Shown here: one piece after another, positions 50,012 to 60,201 of the stretch | How positions within the stretch are numbered: the first letter of the stretch is position 1 | How the letters are laid out: each line of letters opens with the position of its first letter | Assembly: GCA_963703955.1 (NCBI GenBank) | Contig: CAVPGK010000012.1 | Coordinates: 96,001-160,000, forward strand | Origin: Nitrospirota bacterium | GTDB taxonomy: Bacteria; Nitrospirota; Nitrospiria; Nitrospirales; Nitrospiraceae | Direction: 5' to 3' | DNA: 64,000 bases | The notes under the pieces: model-generated | What the model was told of the DNA's origin: nothing | Database searches by the model: none | What the model saw: the letters and a program-made list of their open reading frames with translations, nothing else | Program-made: the position numbers and the translations under genes

Positions 50012-52777
50012 ATGGCCATTGATCCTGTGTGCGGCATGACGGTGGACGAATCACGGGCGCCGGCGAAAGCGGAGCACGCAGGCAAGACCTACTACTTTTG
50101 CGCGCCTGGCTGTAAGCGGACCTTTGAAGCGAATCCTGAACAGGTTCTGCGTCAAGGTCCCAAGGGCATGGCGGCCACGCCGGTGCAGATGGTTAATCTC
50201 ACCCGCCCACCCCAGGCGCGCCAAGACGCGCCCCTTCCCGTGACACCATCTCGGCAAAAACCGGCTGTGAGTCCGGCGGCTCCCGCCGTCAAGACTGGTC
50301 CGCCTTCGACCTCCCTCACGATCCCGATCGAAGGCATGTCCTGCGCCTCGTGCGTGGCGAGGATCGAGCAAGGACTACGCGCGATTCCAGGTGTCGTGAA
50401 TGCATCCGTGAATCTGGCGACCGAGAAGGCCGCTGTCACCTATCAGCCCGAGGTCATCAAGCCGGCGGCGATCCGCGAGGCAATCCGCTCGCTCGGCTAT
50501 ACGCCGGGAGCCGAACCTGAGGCGCCGCTCTCCGGCGTCTCTGTGGCTTCCATGACGATCCCGATCGAAGGCATGTCGTGCGCGTCCTGCGTGGCGAAGC
50601 TTGAACAGGGACTGCGCGCCATCCCGGGCGTCATCGGGGCATCCGTAAATCTGGCCACGGAGAAGGCTACGGTGAACTATCAGCCAGGTCTCACCAATCC
50701 GGCCGCGATCCACGACACGATCCGCTCACTCGGTTACACACCGTTGGCCGAAGCGTTCACCTCGACAGTCTTGACCGAACCGCGAGAAGGCCACGTCCGC
50801 GCTCTCATCCGAAACTTTTGGATCGCCGCTGCCCTTACCGTGCCGATCATGATCCTGGGCATGGGCGAGCATCTGGGACTGACTATTCCCCGATCGACCT
50901 CCTACTGGCTGCAATTGATTCTAGCGACCCCCGTACAATTTTGGGCCGGCTGGCGATTTTACAAGGGCGCCTTCACCGTCGCGCGGCACGGTTCCACCGA
51001 TATGAACACGCTCATCGCGGTAGGAACATCGGCAGCATACGGGTACAGCGTCGCTGCCACGATCGCCCCACAATGGTTCACGGCCGGAGGGGTGACTCCC
51101 GCGGTGTACTTCGACACTTCCGCGGCCATCATTACCCTGATCTTGTTCGGGCGCGTGATGGAAACGCGCGCAAAAGGACGCGCGTCCGAAGCGATCCGCA
51201 AGCTGGCCGGCCTTCAGCCGAAAGAAGCGCGGGTCATCCGGAACGGGCGGGAGATGGATATTCCCATTGCGGACGTCGTGGCGGGGGACCTGGTCGTGGT
51301 GCGGCCCGGTGAGAAGATCCCGGTGGACGGGATCGTGCGCCACGGCGCCTCGGCCGTGGATGAGTCGATGGTGACCGGTGAAAGCGTGCCGATCGACAAG
51401 AAACCAGGCGATGCCGTCATCGGCGCCACACTCAACCGCACCGGCAGCGTCAGAGTCGAAGCCACAGGGGTTGGTCGCGACAGCGCGCTGGCCCGCATCA
51501 TGAAGATCGTGGAAGAGGCGCAGGCCGCGAAGCCGCCGCTGGCTCGATTGGCGGATCGAATCGCGTCGTATTTTGTTCCGGCCGTCATCGCCGTCGCGGG
51601 TCTGACCTTCCTCCTCTGGCTTCTGTTTGGGCCGGAGCCGGCCCTGACCCATGCCGTGATCAATTTTGTCGCGGTGCTGATCATCGCCTGTCCCTGCGCC
51701 TTGGGCCTGGCCACCCCGACGTCCATCATGGTCGGCATCGGAAAAGGAGCCGAGCATGGCATCCTCATTCGAAACGGGATCGCTTTGGAGCGCGCACACC
51801 AACTGACCACGGTTGTCCTGGATAAAACCGGGACGCTGACCCGCGGCCGGATCTCCGTGCGCTCGGTGGTCCCACTCGCGCCGGGCTGGACGTCGGAACG
51901 AGTTGTGGCGGTTGCGGCGGCAGTCGAGCGTGGATCGGAACATCCGGTCGGGGCAGCGATCGTTCGGCACGCGCAAGAAGAGTTGCGACTCGCACTCGAC
52001 GACGCAACCGACTTTCGCGCCGTGCCGGGCCACGGCGTTCGCGCCACGGTCGGCAGGCTTTCGGTGTCCCTCGGTAATCTGCGCTTGATGGAGACCGATG
52101 GGGTCCCGGTCGGTCCCGACGCCGGGGCGACCGCCGAGAAGCTGGCAGGAGAGGGGCTGACTCCGATGTATATGGCCGTTCGAGAGGCCGGTGAGGAGAT
52201 CCCTCGACTCGTCGGCGTGGTTGCCGTAGCTGATACGGTCAAGGATCATTCTCGCGAAGCGGTCGAGTCCTTACACCGGCTCGGCCTCGAGGTGGTGATG
52301 CTGACCGGTGATAATCCTCGCACGGCCAAGGCGATTGCAGATGAGGTCCATATCGACCGCGTCCTGGCCGAGGTTCTTCCCGAACAGAAGGCGCGTGAGA
52401 TCGCACGGCTGCAGGAGCAGGGTAAGGTCGTGGCTATGGTCGGCGACGGCATCAATGACGCCCCGGCTCTGGCGCAGGCCGATATCGGGATCGCCATCGG
52501 AACGGGCGCCGATGTCGCGATGGAGGCCGCCGATGTGACGTTGATCAGCGGAGACCTCCGTGGCGTCGCCACCGCGATCGCGCTCTCGCGCGAGACGACG
52601 AAGAATATCAAACAGAACTTGTTTGCCGCCTTCATCTATAATATTCTTCTGATCCCAGCGGCCGCTCTCGGATTCCTCAATCCGATTTGGGCCGCGGCGG
52701 CGATGGCTCTCTCTTCGGTATCCGTGGTCGGGAACGCGCTCCGCTTGCGCAGATTCAAACCACCGGCCCATGCCTAG
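50012..52777 (+). CDS. copA: Cu(I)-exporting P1B-1 ATPase with a YHS domain and two HMA domains
   Basis: DPVCGM...YYFC, GMSCASC twice, TGES, CPCALG, DKTGT, YN, MALSS. Confidence 0.95.
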   Translation: MAIDPVCGMTVDESRAPAKAEHAGKTYYFCAPGCKRTFEANPEQVLRQGPKGMAATPVQMVNLTRPPQARQDAPLPVTPSRQKPAVSPAAPAVKTGPPSTSLTIPIEGMSCASCVARIEQGLRAIPGVVNASVNLATEKAAVTYQPEVIKPAAIREAIRSLGYTPGAEPEAPLSGVSVASMTIPIEGMSCASCVAKLEQGLRAIPGVIGASVNLATEKATVNYQPGLTNPAAIHDTIRSLGYTPLAEAFTSTVLTEPREGHVRALIRNFWIAAALTVPIMILGMGEHLGLTIPRSTSYWLQLILATPVQFWAGWRFYKGAFTVARHGSTDMNTLIAVGTSAAYGYSVAATIAPQWFTAGGVTPAVYFDTSAAIITLILFGRVMETRAKGRASEAIRKLAGLQPKEARVIRNGREMDIPIADVVAGDLVVVRPGEKIPVDGIVRHGASAVDESMVTGESVPIDKKPGDAVIGATLNRTGSVRVEATGVGRDSALARIMKIVEEAQAAKPPLARLADRIASYFVPAVIAVAGLTFLLWLLFGPEPALTHAVINFVAVLIIACPCALGLATPTSIMVGIGKGAEHGILIRNGIALERAHQLTTVVLDKTGTLTRGRISVRSVVPLAPGWTSERVVAVAAAVERGSEHPVGAAIVRHAQEELRLALDDATDFRAVPGHGVRATVGRLSVSLGNLRLMETDGVPVGPDAGATAEKLAGEGLTPMYMAVREAGEEIPRLVGVVAVADTVKDHSREAVESLHRLGLEVVMLTGDNPRTAKAIADEVHIDRVLAEVLPEQKAREIARLQEQGKVVAMVGDGINDAPALAQADIGIAIGTGADVAMEAADVTLISGDLRGVATAIALSRETTKNIKQNLFAAFIYNILLIPAAALGFLNPIWAAAAMALSSVSVVGNALRLRRFKPPAHA
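50200..50241 (+). repeat. CCAAGA-hairpin repeat translated in frame within copA
   Basis: 42/42 identical to 13255-13296. Confidence 0.92.
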
Positions 52778-52862
52778 GATTTCTGCAACGACACAACACG
52801 CTTCATCCCCATTCGCTCCGCATTCCAGCAGTGACCGGACTGAACCACTGTAGAGGGAGGTC

Positions 52863-54970
52863 ATGAAAAAAATCCTGCTCGGCATGGGCGCGCTGCTGGT
52901 TCTTCTTGTCGTCCTGGCCATTCTCCTCCCCTTTATCATTGACCTGAACAAGTACCAAGACCGCTATCGCCCGCTGATCGAGGACGCCCTCAACCGGAAA
53001 GTCTCCCTCACCGATATGCGGCTCACGATCCTCCCCCGCCTCGGGGTTCGGATCGCGGGGTTTACGGTCATGGACGATTCCGCCTTCAGCGCCGGCGCCT
53101 TCGCCTCCCTGACCGCCTTGGATGTCGGCGTGAAGTTGTTGCCGTTGTTGACCGGACGCGTCGAGGTCGAAGAAATTACCCTTCAGGACCCGGTGATCAC
53201 GGTCATCAAGAATCGCCAGGGCGTGCTGAACGTGTCGACCTTGGGCGCGACTAGGGCGAGCCGGAGATTCGCGAGCCACAAGTCCCGCCTCCCCCTGCCG
53301 AGGAAGGGCCCTTGCGAGCGTTAGCCCTGCTCGCCGTGGATGAGGTCTCTCTGACTGGCGGCCGCCTGGCGTACGAGGATCACTCTTCCAAGACGCCGAC
53401 GGAATATCGCATCCACGATCTCAGGGTTCATGTGCATTCGGTACGACTCGGGGAGACGCCTCGCCTGCACATGGCGGCAACCGTACAACCCTATAACCTT
53501 CCGGTCACAATCGACGGCGAGTTCGGGCCGCTTGCTGAAACGCTGGACCTCAAGGTGATCGATATCGCCATCGCCCTCGGCAAGACCATCCTGGCCATGA
53601 AGGGAAGCGTGGTCGGAGGCCATGTGCAACTGGTCCTGACCTCTCCGACGATCAACACGGCCGATCTACCCATCACACTCCCGCTGACAAAACCCGTTCA
53701 GGTCAAGGATCTTCGGATTGCGACAGAAGGTAGTTATCCGCCGAAAGAAGGAATCCCGATTGAAAGAGCCGTCGATGTCAAGTCTTTGAATCTTGCCGTC
53801 GTGCTCGGCGCATCAGTTGTAGCACTGGAGGGAAGCGCCGTTGGCGGAGAGGCCAAAATCAAGGCCAGTTCGCCCAGCATCAACTCCGCCGATCTGCCGA
53901 TCGACCTCCCGCTCACAAAACCGGTTCTCGTGAAGGATCTTCTTCTGCAGGCAAAGGCCAAATATCCATTGAGAGAAGGCATCCCGCCGCAAGAGGTGGC
54001 GGATGTCACTGCGCTTGATTTCCGAGTTGTGTTGGGAAACTCCTCACTCGTGGTCAAAGGCAGCGCGATCGACGGCGATGTCAAATTGACCGCCTCGTCG
54101 CCGGCTATCAATACGGCAGACCTGCCTGTCACGCTTCCCCTTCGGAAGCCGATCGAGGCGAAGAACGTCCGCATGGCGGCCGGCATGAAAGGCTCGGAGG
54201 CCCGGCTTCAGAGCTTGGCATTGGACCTGTTCAATGGCCGGCTCTTCGCGCAGGGAGGTCTCACGATCGGGACCACCAGCCCTCCGTTTGATGGGAACGT
54301 CATTCTTGAGAAAGCGCAACTCGGCCCGATCCTCGACGCCGTGACAGATATGGTGTCGGCCAGCGGCACGGTTGGGCTACAAGCCGTTGTGCGAGGACGC
54401 GGCTTTACCATGGCGGAATTGACCAGGTCACTCGCAGGGACCAGTCACTTCGCCGTCAAAGATGGCAAGCTTGAGGGCGTCAATCTGGTTCAAGATCTGT
54501 TGGACACGCTGAAAGCCGCCGGTGTCCGGCGGGAGAACGTCAAGGCGACCATCTTTTCCACGGTCGAAGGAGATCTGACGATCAAAGGCGGCCTGGTCAA
54601 CGTCGACCGCTTGCTGGTGGACAGCCATGACTTTCAGGCCACAGCCAAGGGGACGGTCGGCTTCGATCAGACCCTAAACCTCAGAGCCAACGTGAATCTG
54701 TCCGAGAGCCTCAGCAAACAGATCGCCGGGACATCGCCGGTCACCAAACTAGCGCTTAGCAAAGGCCGGATGACCGTTCCTCTGATCGTTGCCGGCACTG
54801 CTCAGTCACCATCGTACGCGATCGACGGCAAGGCGATCGGCGCCAAAGTGACGGAACAGGTGAAGGAGCAGGTGAAAGAGGCGGTGGGAGAACTGTTAAA
54901 GGGCAAGGATGGTAAAGGTCTGGACCTCGAAAAGGGCGCGGAGACGCTGAAGAAATTTTTCGGGCAGTAG
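52863..54970 (+). CDS. AsmA-family protein with three internal 76-aa repeats; frameshifted near 53250-53310
   Basis: N-terminal anchor DLNKY...LLPLLTG; AsmA_2-like C-terminus (DGKLEGVNL, FSTVEGD, VPLIVAGT..SP). Confidence 0.82.
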
Positions 54971-55035
54971 CAGGCCAGGCAGGGCCTGCTCTTGCCCGTT
55001 CGACCGGACACGCAGACACGACAGGAGGGAATGGC

Positions 55036-55836
55036 ATGTCGACGAAAGATCTCACCGTCGATCTTATGGTCCGTTACGGCTTTCAGGTGCTCGGGGCGAT
55101 TGTCATCGTCGCGGCCGGCGTTTTCTTTGCCAAGTGGATCGGCAATGTCGTCCGGCGACGGCTCGAACGCCAGGAGATGGAACCGCCGGTCCGCATGTTG
55201 CTCGTGCGCATCGTCCGAGTCGTCGTCCTGCTCCTCACCCTCATGGTCGCGCTCGACAAGCTCGGATTTCAGATCGCCCCCCTCATCGCGGGGATCGGCG
55301 TGGCCGGGATCGGGATCGGAATCGCGCTTCAAGGCGTGCTGAGTAACGTCATCGCCGGACTCTCGATCATCTTCACCAAACCGTATCGTGTCGGGGAGCA
55401 CATTTCGCTCCTCGACGTCCATGGTGACGTCACCGCCATCGATATTTTCTCGACCACCCTGATGCATCCAGACAAATCCCGCATCGTCATTCCCAACCGC
55501 AAGGTCGTGGGTGAGATCCTTCATAACTTCGGCACCATTCGTCAGCTCGACCTACGCGTCGGCGTCTCGTACGGGACCGATTTGGCCAAGGCGTTGGCGA
55601 TCGTCCGCGACCTGCTTGCTCAAAACCCCCGCGTGCTCAAGGACCCGTCGCCGCTCGTGGGCGTCTCCGCGTTGGGCGATTCCGCGATCACCATCGCGAT
55701 CCAACCGTGGGTGGCCGCCCTAGACTATGGCCCCGCGCAAGCCGAACTCAATCAGTCGGTCATCGAACGATTCCGCACCACCCAGATTGAGATCCCCTTC
55801 CCACAGCGCGAGGTCCGCTTGCTGAGGGAAGCCTAG
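55036..55836 (+). CDS. mscS: Small-conductance mechanosensitive channel
   Basis: GIGIALQGVLSNVIAG, KPYRVG, IPN, IEIPFPQR. Confidence 0.9.
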   Translation: MSTKDLTVDLMVRYGFQVLGAIVIVAAGVFFAKWIGNVVRRRLERQEMEPPVRMLLVRIVRVVVLLLTLMVALDKLGFQIAPLIAGIGVAGIGIGIALQGVLSNVIAGLSIIFTKPYRVGEHISLLDVHGDVTAIDIFSTTLMHPDKSRIVIPNRKVVGEILHNFGTIRQLDLRVGVSYGTDLAKALAIVRDLLAQNPRVLKDPSPLVGVSALGDSAITIAIQPWVAALDYGPAQAELNQSVIERFRTTQIEIPFPQREVRLLREA

Positions 55837-55855
55837 TTGCGACTGATGAGGAGTA

Positions 55856-56212
55856 TTAGCCCGATTGACGGGCCAAGACGCGAAGCGCCTGCTTGGCGGC
55901 TTCGGCGACCTGAGGATCGGGGTCGTCACGAAAGCGCCGGATTGCTCCCTCGAGAGCCTTGTCACCAAGGTCGGCTAAGATTGTCAGAACGATGGTCAGA
56001 TGACGCCGTTCCGCCATCGCGCTTTCCAAGAGCGGTCTTGCTTGTCGGCCGGCTCGCGCCAGCAGAATCCCCGCGACACTACGCACGGTCTCGCGACTGT
56101 CACCGAGAGCGTCGACCAGAATGCTCCCTCCGGCTCCCGTTAGGCGCCACAGGAAGTAGACGATAGCCAGACGAACCGTTCCGAGTAGGATCGAGAGCCG
56201 ATTCCAGCCCAT
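55856..56212 (-). CDS. Small HEAT-repeat protein
   Basis: LVDALGD..ETVRSVAG, DPDPQVAEAA. Confidence 0.65.
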   Translation of the reverse strand: MGWNRLSILLGTVRLAIVYFLWRLTGAGGSILVDALGDSRETVRSVAGILLARAGRQARPLLESAMAERRHLTIVLTILADLGDKALEGAIRRFRDDPDPQVAEAAKQALRVLARQSG

Positions 56213-56217
56213 AGGAG

Positions 56218-57354
56218 TTACAGCATCGACGGCACGTCGTACTTCTTCCACACTTCTGGGTCATGAGGGGCGCTGTGGTCGAACCAGATGGGAAGGACAT
56301 GCTCGGTGATCTTCGGGTGCGAAAAACGCTGGCCGCCACGATCAGCGAGGATGACCAGATCGGCTCTCACCCGAATCGAGACGACCTTGGATACCTGTGA
56401 GAAGTTCGGCAGATACTTCGGAACATGGACCGGGCACGCGAGCAGAACCAATTCCTTCATCGTGACTCGAGCATCGTGGGACGCGAGCATAGCCACGCTG
56501 CCTCCGTGACTATGCGCGAATAGATCAGCCCCTTTCGCGGATTTTTCCACTAGCCAATCGGCCAGATCCGCTCCTCCCACGCTTCTCGCGGCATCGCTAT
56601 ACCCGCCGGACCATTCGAACCGATCGGGTTCGGAATAGAGATCCGGTCGAACGGTTGTGAGCAGGTACGTATGAAAATCCCCACCGGGCTGCCACCAACT
56701 CTCTGTCCGGGCCCACGTGCCATGAACGAGCAAGCTGGTTTGCGGCAGGCTGTTCTCCGCCTGAGAAAGGCCCTGTCGGACCAGCTCGAGCAGGCGAGGA
56801 TGTTCAGGAGCCACCTGCGCGAGCGCTGTGAGCGCGACCTCGGCCGTCAGCCGATTCCCGCTGTAGGTGCCTTGCGCGAGAATGGCCAGCAGTTCCCGCG
56901 GCTCCGTCGTGAGATCGAAATACGACGCCGCAGCCGCCACGCGGGTGAGTTCGTCCGGATCCGAGAGGCAGGCTTCGAGGAGCTGCGCACCGGTTGATTG
57001 GCTCGGTGTCTTATGAAAAGCTCGGGCTATTTTCCCGACTCGGCGCCGGCGTTCGGACGGCTCCTGAGAGGGCAGTTCGCGCAGGTCACGGCGGGCGCCT
57101 TGGATCTCTCTTCGGCTGTAGCGTTCGCCTGACGGCCTGATCTCCGGAGACCCCAGAACATCCCGATCTTCCTGGGGCATTGCTCGACTCTTTTTCGTAC
57201 GCTGGGGCGGGAGTGCTTGAAGCGCCGAGCTATCCCCTCGTATATCCATACCCAAGAGAAGCAATTGTGCGGCTCGCGACAGCACCGCACGCCGAGAAGT
57301 CTCTCTAAACGCCCGAGCGCCGGAGGCTGGTTTCTTGATCAATTCACTCGGCAT
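56218..57354 (-). CDS. HEAT-repeat + alpha/beta-hydrolase fusion
   Basis: DPDELTRVAAA; LVHGTW; nucleophile elbow AHSHGG; late Asp (ADLV) and His (DHS). Confidence 0.75.
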   Translation of the reverse strand: MPSELIKKPASGARAFRETSRRAVLSRAAQLLLLGMDIRGDSSALQALPPQRTKKSRAMPQEDRDVLGSPEIRPSGERYSRREIQGARRDLRELPSQEPSERRRRVGKIARAFHKTPSQSTGAQLLEACLSDPDELTRVAAAASYFDLTTEPRELLAILAQGTYSGNRLTAEVALTALAQVAPEHPRLLELVRQGLSQAENSLPQTSLLVHGTWARTESWWQPGGDFHTYLLTTVRPDLYSEPDRFEWSGGYSDAARSVGGADLADWLVEKSAKGADLFAHSHGGSVAMLASHDARVTMKELVLLACPVHVPKYLPNFSQVSKVVSIRVRADLVILADRGGQRFSHPKITEHVLPIWFDHSAPHDPEVWKKYDVPSML

Positions 57355-57371
57355 GGCGGCGCCATTATAGC

Positions 57372-58163
57372 TCAAGCCGTTCCAGACTCTTCAAGCAATT
57401 CCTTCAAAAGCCGCGCGTTCTTGACTGCGTACCCACGCGCATCGTTGTTGAAGTAGACGAAGACTTCGATGCGCTCCCGCAGATAGCGCGTCAACTTCTG
57501 GGCTTCCTTCGCCAGCTCGTTCTTTGTGTAACTGGACGCGAATAATTCATTGCGGCCATGGAACCGAACGTACGTCCAGTCGGTCGTCAGCACGTCCTTG
57601 CGTGGATAGCGAGGCGAGTCGGCAATGCATAGGGCCGCGCCATGCCGCTTCAACAGGCGATAGATTTCGTCCGTAAACCACGACTCGTGGCGGAACTCGA
57701 AGACGAGCCGAAGGCGGCAATGCTCGGAGGTCCCAACTTCTATCTCAAGGAATTCGGACAGACGGTCTCTGTCCTTTCGAAAGCTCGGTGGAAACTGCAG
57801 CAGAATCGGACCGAGACGGTTCCCCAATGTGAGGGCGTTGCCGACAAAGGTGCGCCATGCCTCTTCCACGTCAAGCAGCCGCTTCGTGTGGGTCATGAGC
57901 CGGCTGGCTTTCACCGAAAAGAGAAACTCATCGGGCACTAGCCTGGCCCACTTTGCATAGGTCTGTGGACGAGGAAGATGGTAGAAGGAATAGTTCACCT
58001 CCGTGGTGGAAAACTCGCGCGCATAGAACTCGAGATAGCGCCGACTTGGCAAATCGTCTGGATAGAACGGGCCCTTCCAGCTTGAATAGGTCCACCCGGA
58101 CGTGCCGATCCAGATGCGCGCTGCTGTCTCACTCTTCCTTGCTTGATTCGGAGCCGCAGCCAT
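57372..58163 (-). CDS. DUF72 family protein
   Basis: IGTSGW, EVNYSFY, LLQFPPSF, EFRHESW, YVRFHG, YFNN. Confidence 0.93.
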   Translation of the reverse strand: MAAAPNQARKSETAARIWIGTSGWTYSSWKGPFYPDDLPSRRYLEFYAREFSTTEVNYSFYHLPRPQTYAKWARLVPDEFLFSVKASRLMTHTKRLLDVEEAWRTFVGNALTLGNRLGPILLQFPPSFRKDRDRLSEFLEIEVGTSEHCRLRLVFEFRHESWFTDEIYRLLKRHGAALCIADSPRYPRKDVLTTDWTYVRFHGRNELFASSYTKNELAKEAQKLTRYLRERIEVFVYFNNDARGYAVKNARLLKELLEESGTA

Positions 58164-58334
58164 GGTCGGGTGACGCCATCCCTAGGAACTCATGCAACCG
58201 ACTGAGGAAGACACTCCGGAGAGTGACATCATGAAGTCGCCGAGATCATGGGGACCTTACCATGAGCAGCACAAACCTCGATACGTTGCAAGGCCGCGCG
58301 GTCTCACCCAACCTCCATTTCGCCGCTGCACAAC

Positions 58335-58493
58335 TCAGACGAGGTTCTGGTATTCGGGCCGATAGGCCTGCGCCTCAATGAAGGCTCGTACAACCCGCGG
58401 TTTCTCCACGCGCGCCAGACCACGCGCGAAGATGACTGCGGGGGGATACAGCAGCCCGGACTCCAGTTCTTCCGGAGTGACCTGTTCCACCAC
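58335..58493 (-). pseudogene. C-terminal remnant of a malic enzyme (MaeA-type)
   Basis: VEQVTPEELESGLLYPP|AVIFARGLARVEKP..VRAFIEAQAYRPEY; the helix normally found after YPP is missing. Confidence 0.6.
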
Positions 58494-58719
58494 GCAAGAT
58501 CAACTTGCCCAAGTCAGACAAGAATTCTTGTCGCGACTGAGCTGACCAGCACGGATCAAACTGGCTGTCAGAGGAAGCTGGATCGGTTCAGAGAAGAATC
58601 GTTCTTCTTGGTCGCAGCGGCAGGCCCAAGCGCTGTGTTCGATCGCTGAAGGTTATCACGATCGGCAGGCGTTCGGTCAATCAGCGGGGTCTCACGGAGG
58701 GGAATCTTGGCTTGCCATT

Positions 58720-59112
58720 CTACCTTTGCATCACGGCCATGCTTGAGCAGGTGCCTGCTGCCGTGTCCACTGCGCGATCTACAATCTTCACGTCGCGCAG
58801 CAGTTCGTGCACGTCCTCCTCTCGCACGATCTCAATATCCTGTTGGGCATTCTGCCCCGTTCGTTCCCGCAGCCGATCGCTCATATGCTCCTTGACCAGA
58901 ACACGAATCTGCTTCGCGAGGTCCGCCCTGGCTACCAGCTCGGCTACACGCTGGCAGACCACCCGTCCCTTGGACAGATCCCCTTGCCCCACGCCGATGA
59001 TGTACTTCCCCTCAGAGTAATGGCTCTCGGCTTCAGCCGCGGAAGCGCTCTCGTCCGAATACCACAGCATGAGCATCGTGAGGAACAGCATTCCGATCCC
59101 AAGATTTTTCAT
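58720..59112 (-). CDS. Exported LPP20-like protein
   Basis: MKNLGIGMLFL signal; AELVARADLAKQIRV. ATGA overlap with the upstream stop at 59109. Confidence 0.6.
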   Translation of the reverse strand: MKNLGIGMLFLTMLMLWYSDESASAAEAESHYSEGKYIIGVGQGDLSKGRVVCQRVAELVARADLAKQIRVLVKEHMSDRLRERTGQNAQQDIEIVREEDVHELLRDVKIVDRAVDTAAGTCSSMAVMQR

Positions 59113-60123
59113 CGTCTGCCTCGGGCACGCCCACCGTACGATCGAGGCGGCGCGGCGTGTGGGGCGCGAAAAGGTCGATAATACGTCATGGGCGGAGCAG
59201 CCGAGGGAACCTGGTGCAAGGTCGGCGGAAGCCGTACTGGTGGGCGGAAGCGCGGGAAGGGCACGGAAGCAGCAGCGTGCCGAGACACCGGTGCCTGCAT
59301 GGGTAACACGGGCCGAATCTGCGGTGCAGGACCTGCGGCTGTAACCGCGGGCACCGGGCGAGCGACGGGGAGCTTGGACCGGGAGCACGCGCTGCAGCAC
59401 GACCAAGTGTGGATTGGTCGGATAGAGCACCCATGCGCGACCCCATAGCAGTTGCGCTTGATTGATCCCGATCCACGGTATCGCATAACCGGTCGGTGAT
59501 CCCACCAGCGCCCAGTCCGTCCATGCCTGCCCGAGCACGTCATTCGATTGCACCCGCCTCAGCATGTCCTGGCGCTGTTGCGTCACCAACTGCACCTGCT
59601 CGGGCGATGTCGCGGCGGCCAGCTTGGCATTCGTTTCCTCGAGCTGCTGGTGCAACTCATCCACTTCGGTACGCAGGAGCTGGACCTGCTGTCGCGCGTC
59701 TTCGTTTTGGCGCAGGGCGATGACCGCCTGGGTCACTTCATCGGGATCCACTTGCGCCGTCAGACCGACATGGATCACGACTGTCTCTCCCTCGAGCCAC
59801 GTGCTGACTCGATGGTCGGTCACCCGCACCACGCCGGCCGTGTACGTGCGAATCTCATCTCTTGTGATATCAAGGGCATTCGCCACGGTCACACTCTCGA
59901 CGTAGGTGGCTACCTGTTCGAGGACATTTCGTTTCGCGGCTTCGGTGGCCAAACGAATCGCGTCTTCTCGGGTGTCCCGGTCGCCCATGCGGTATTCGCC
60001 TTCGCCGATCACCGCCTGTAGCGTGGCAGAGACCGAAGAGGGGATGGAACACGTCATGAGGGGGATGACGACAAGAAGGATGAGAACGAGAGGGGCGCGG
60101 GTGCGAAGCGTGAACAGACCCAT
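59109..60123 (-). CDS. Exported protein (LPP20/FlgT-N-like domain, coiled coil, Pro-rich tail); frameshift at GGGG 59367-59370
   Basis: AIRLATEAAKRNVLEQVATYVES. Removing one base continues the protein as VARPVPAV... to TGA 59109. Confidence 0.6.
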
Positions 60124-60201
60124 GGTCAGCCTCTCCCGTGGGTTAGCGGACGCTTATATTTTACTCTAGTCTCATCAGCAATTGACAGTAGGTGTATTCC
60201 A

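Noticed and set aside
13255..50241. Replichore-polarised (KOPS-like) role of the repeats
   Set aside because: All five loci share orientation and two contain GGGAAGGG on the minus strand. However, five loci are too few, other copies lack the octamer, and the related MITE at 46681 is inverted.
58720..60123. Single 467-aa fusion protein
   Set aside because: An internal signal peptide and an ATGA stop/start overlap at 59109-59112 show two genes, fused by an indel in a G run.
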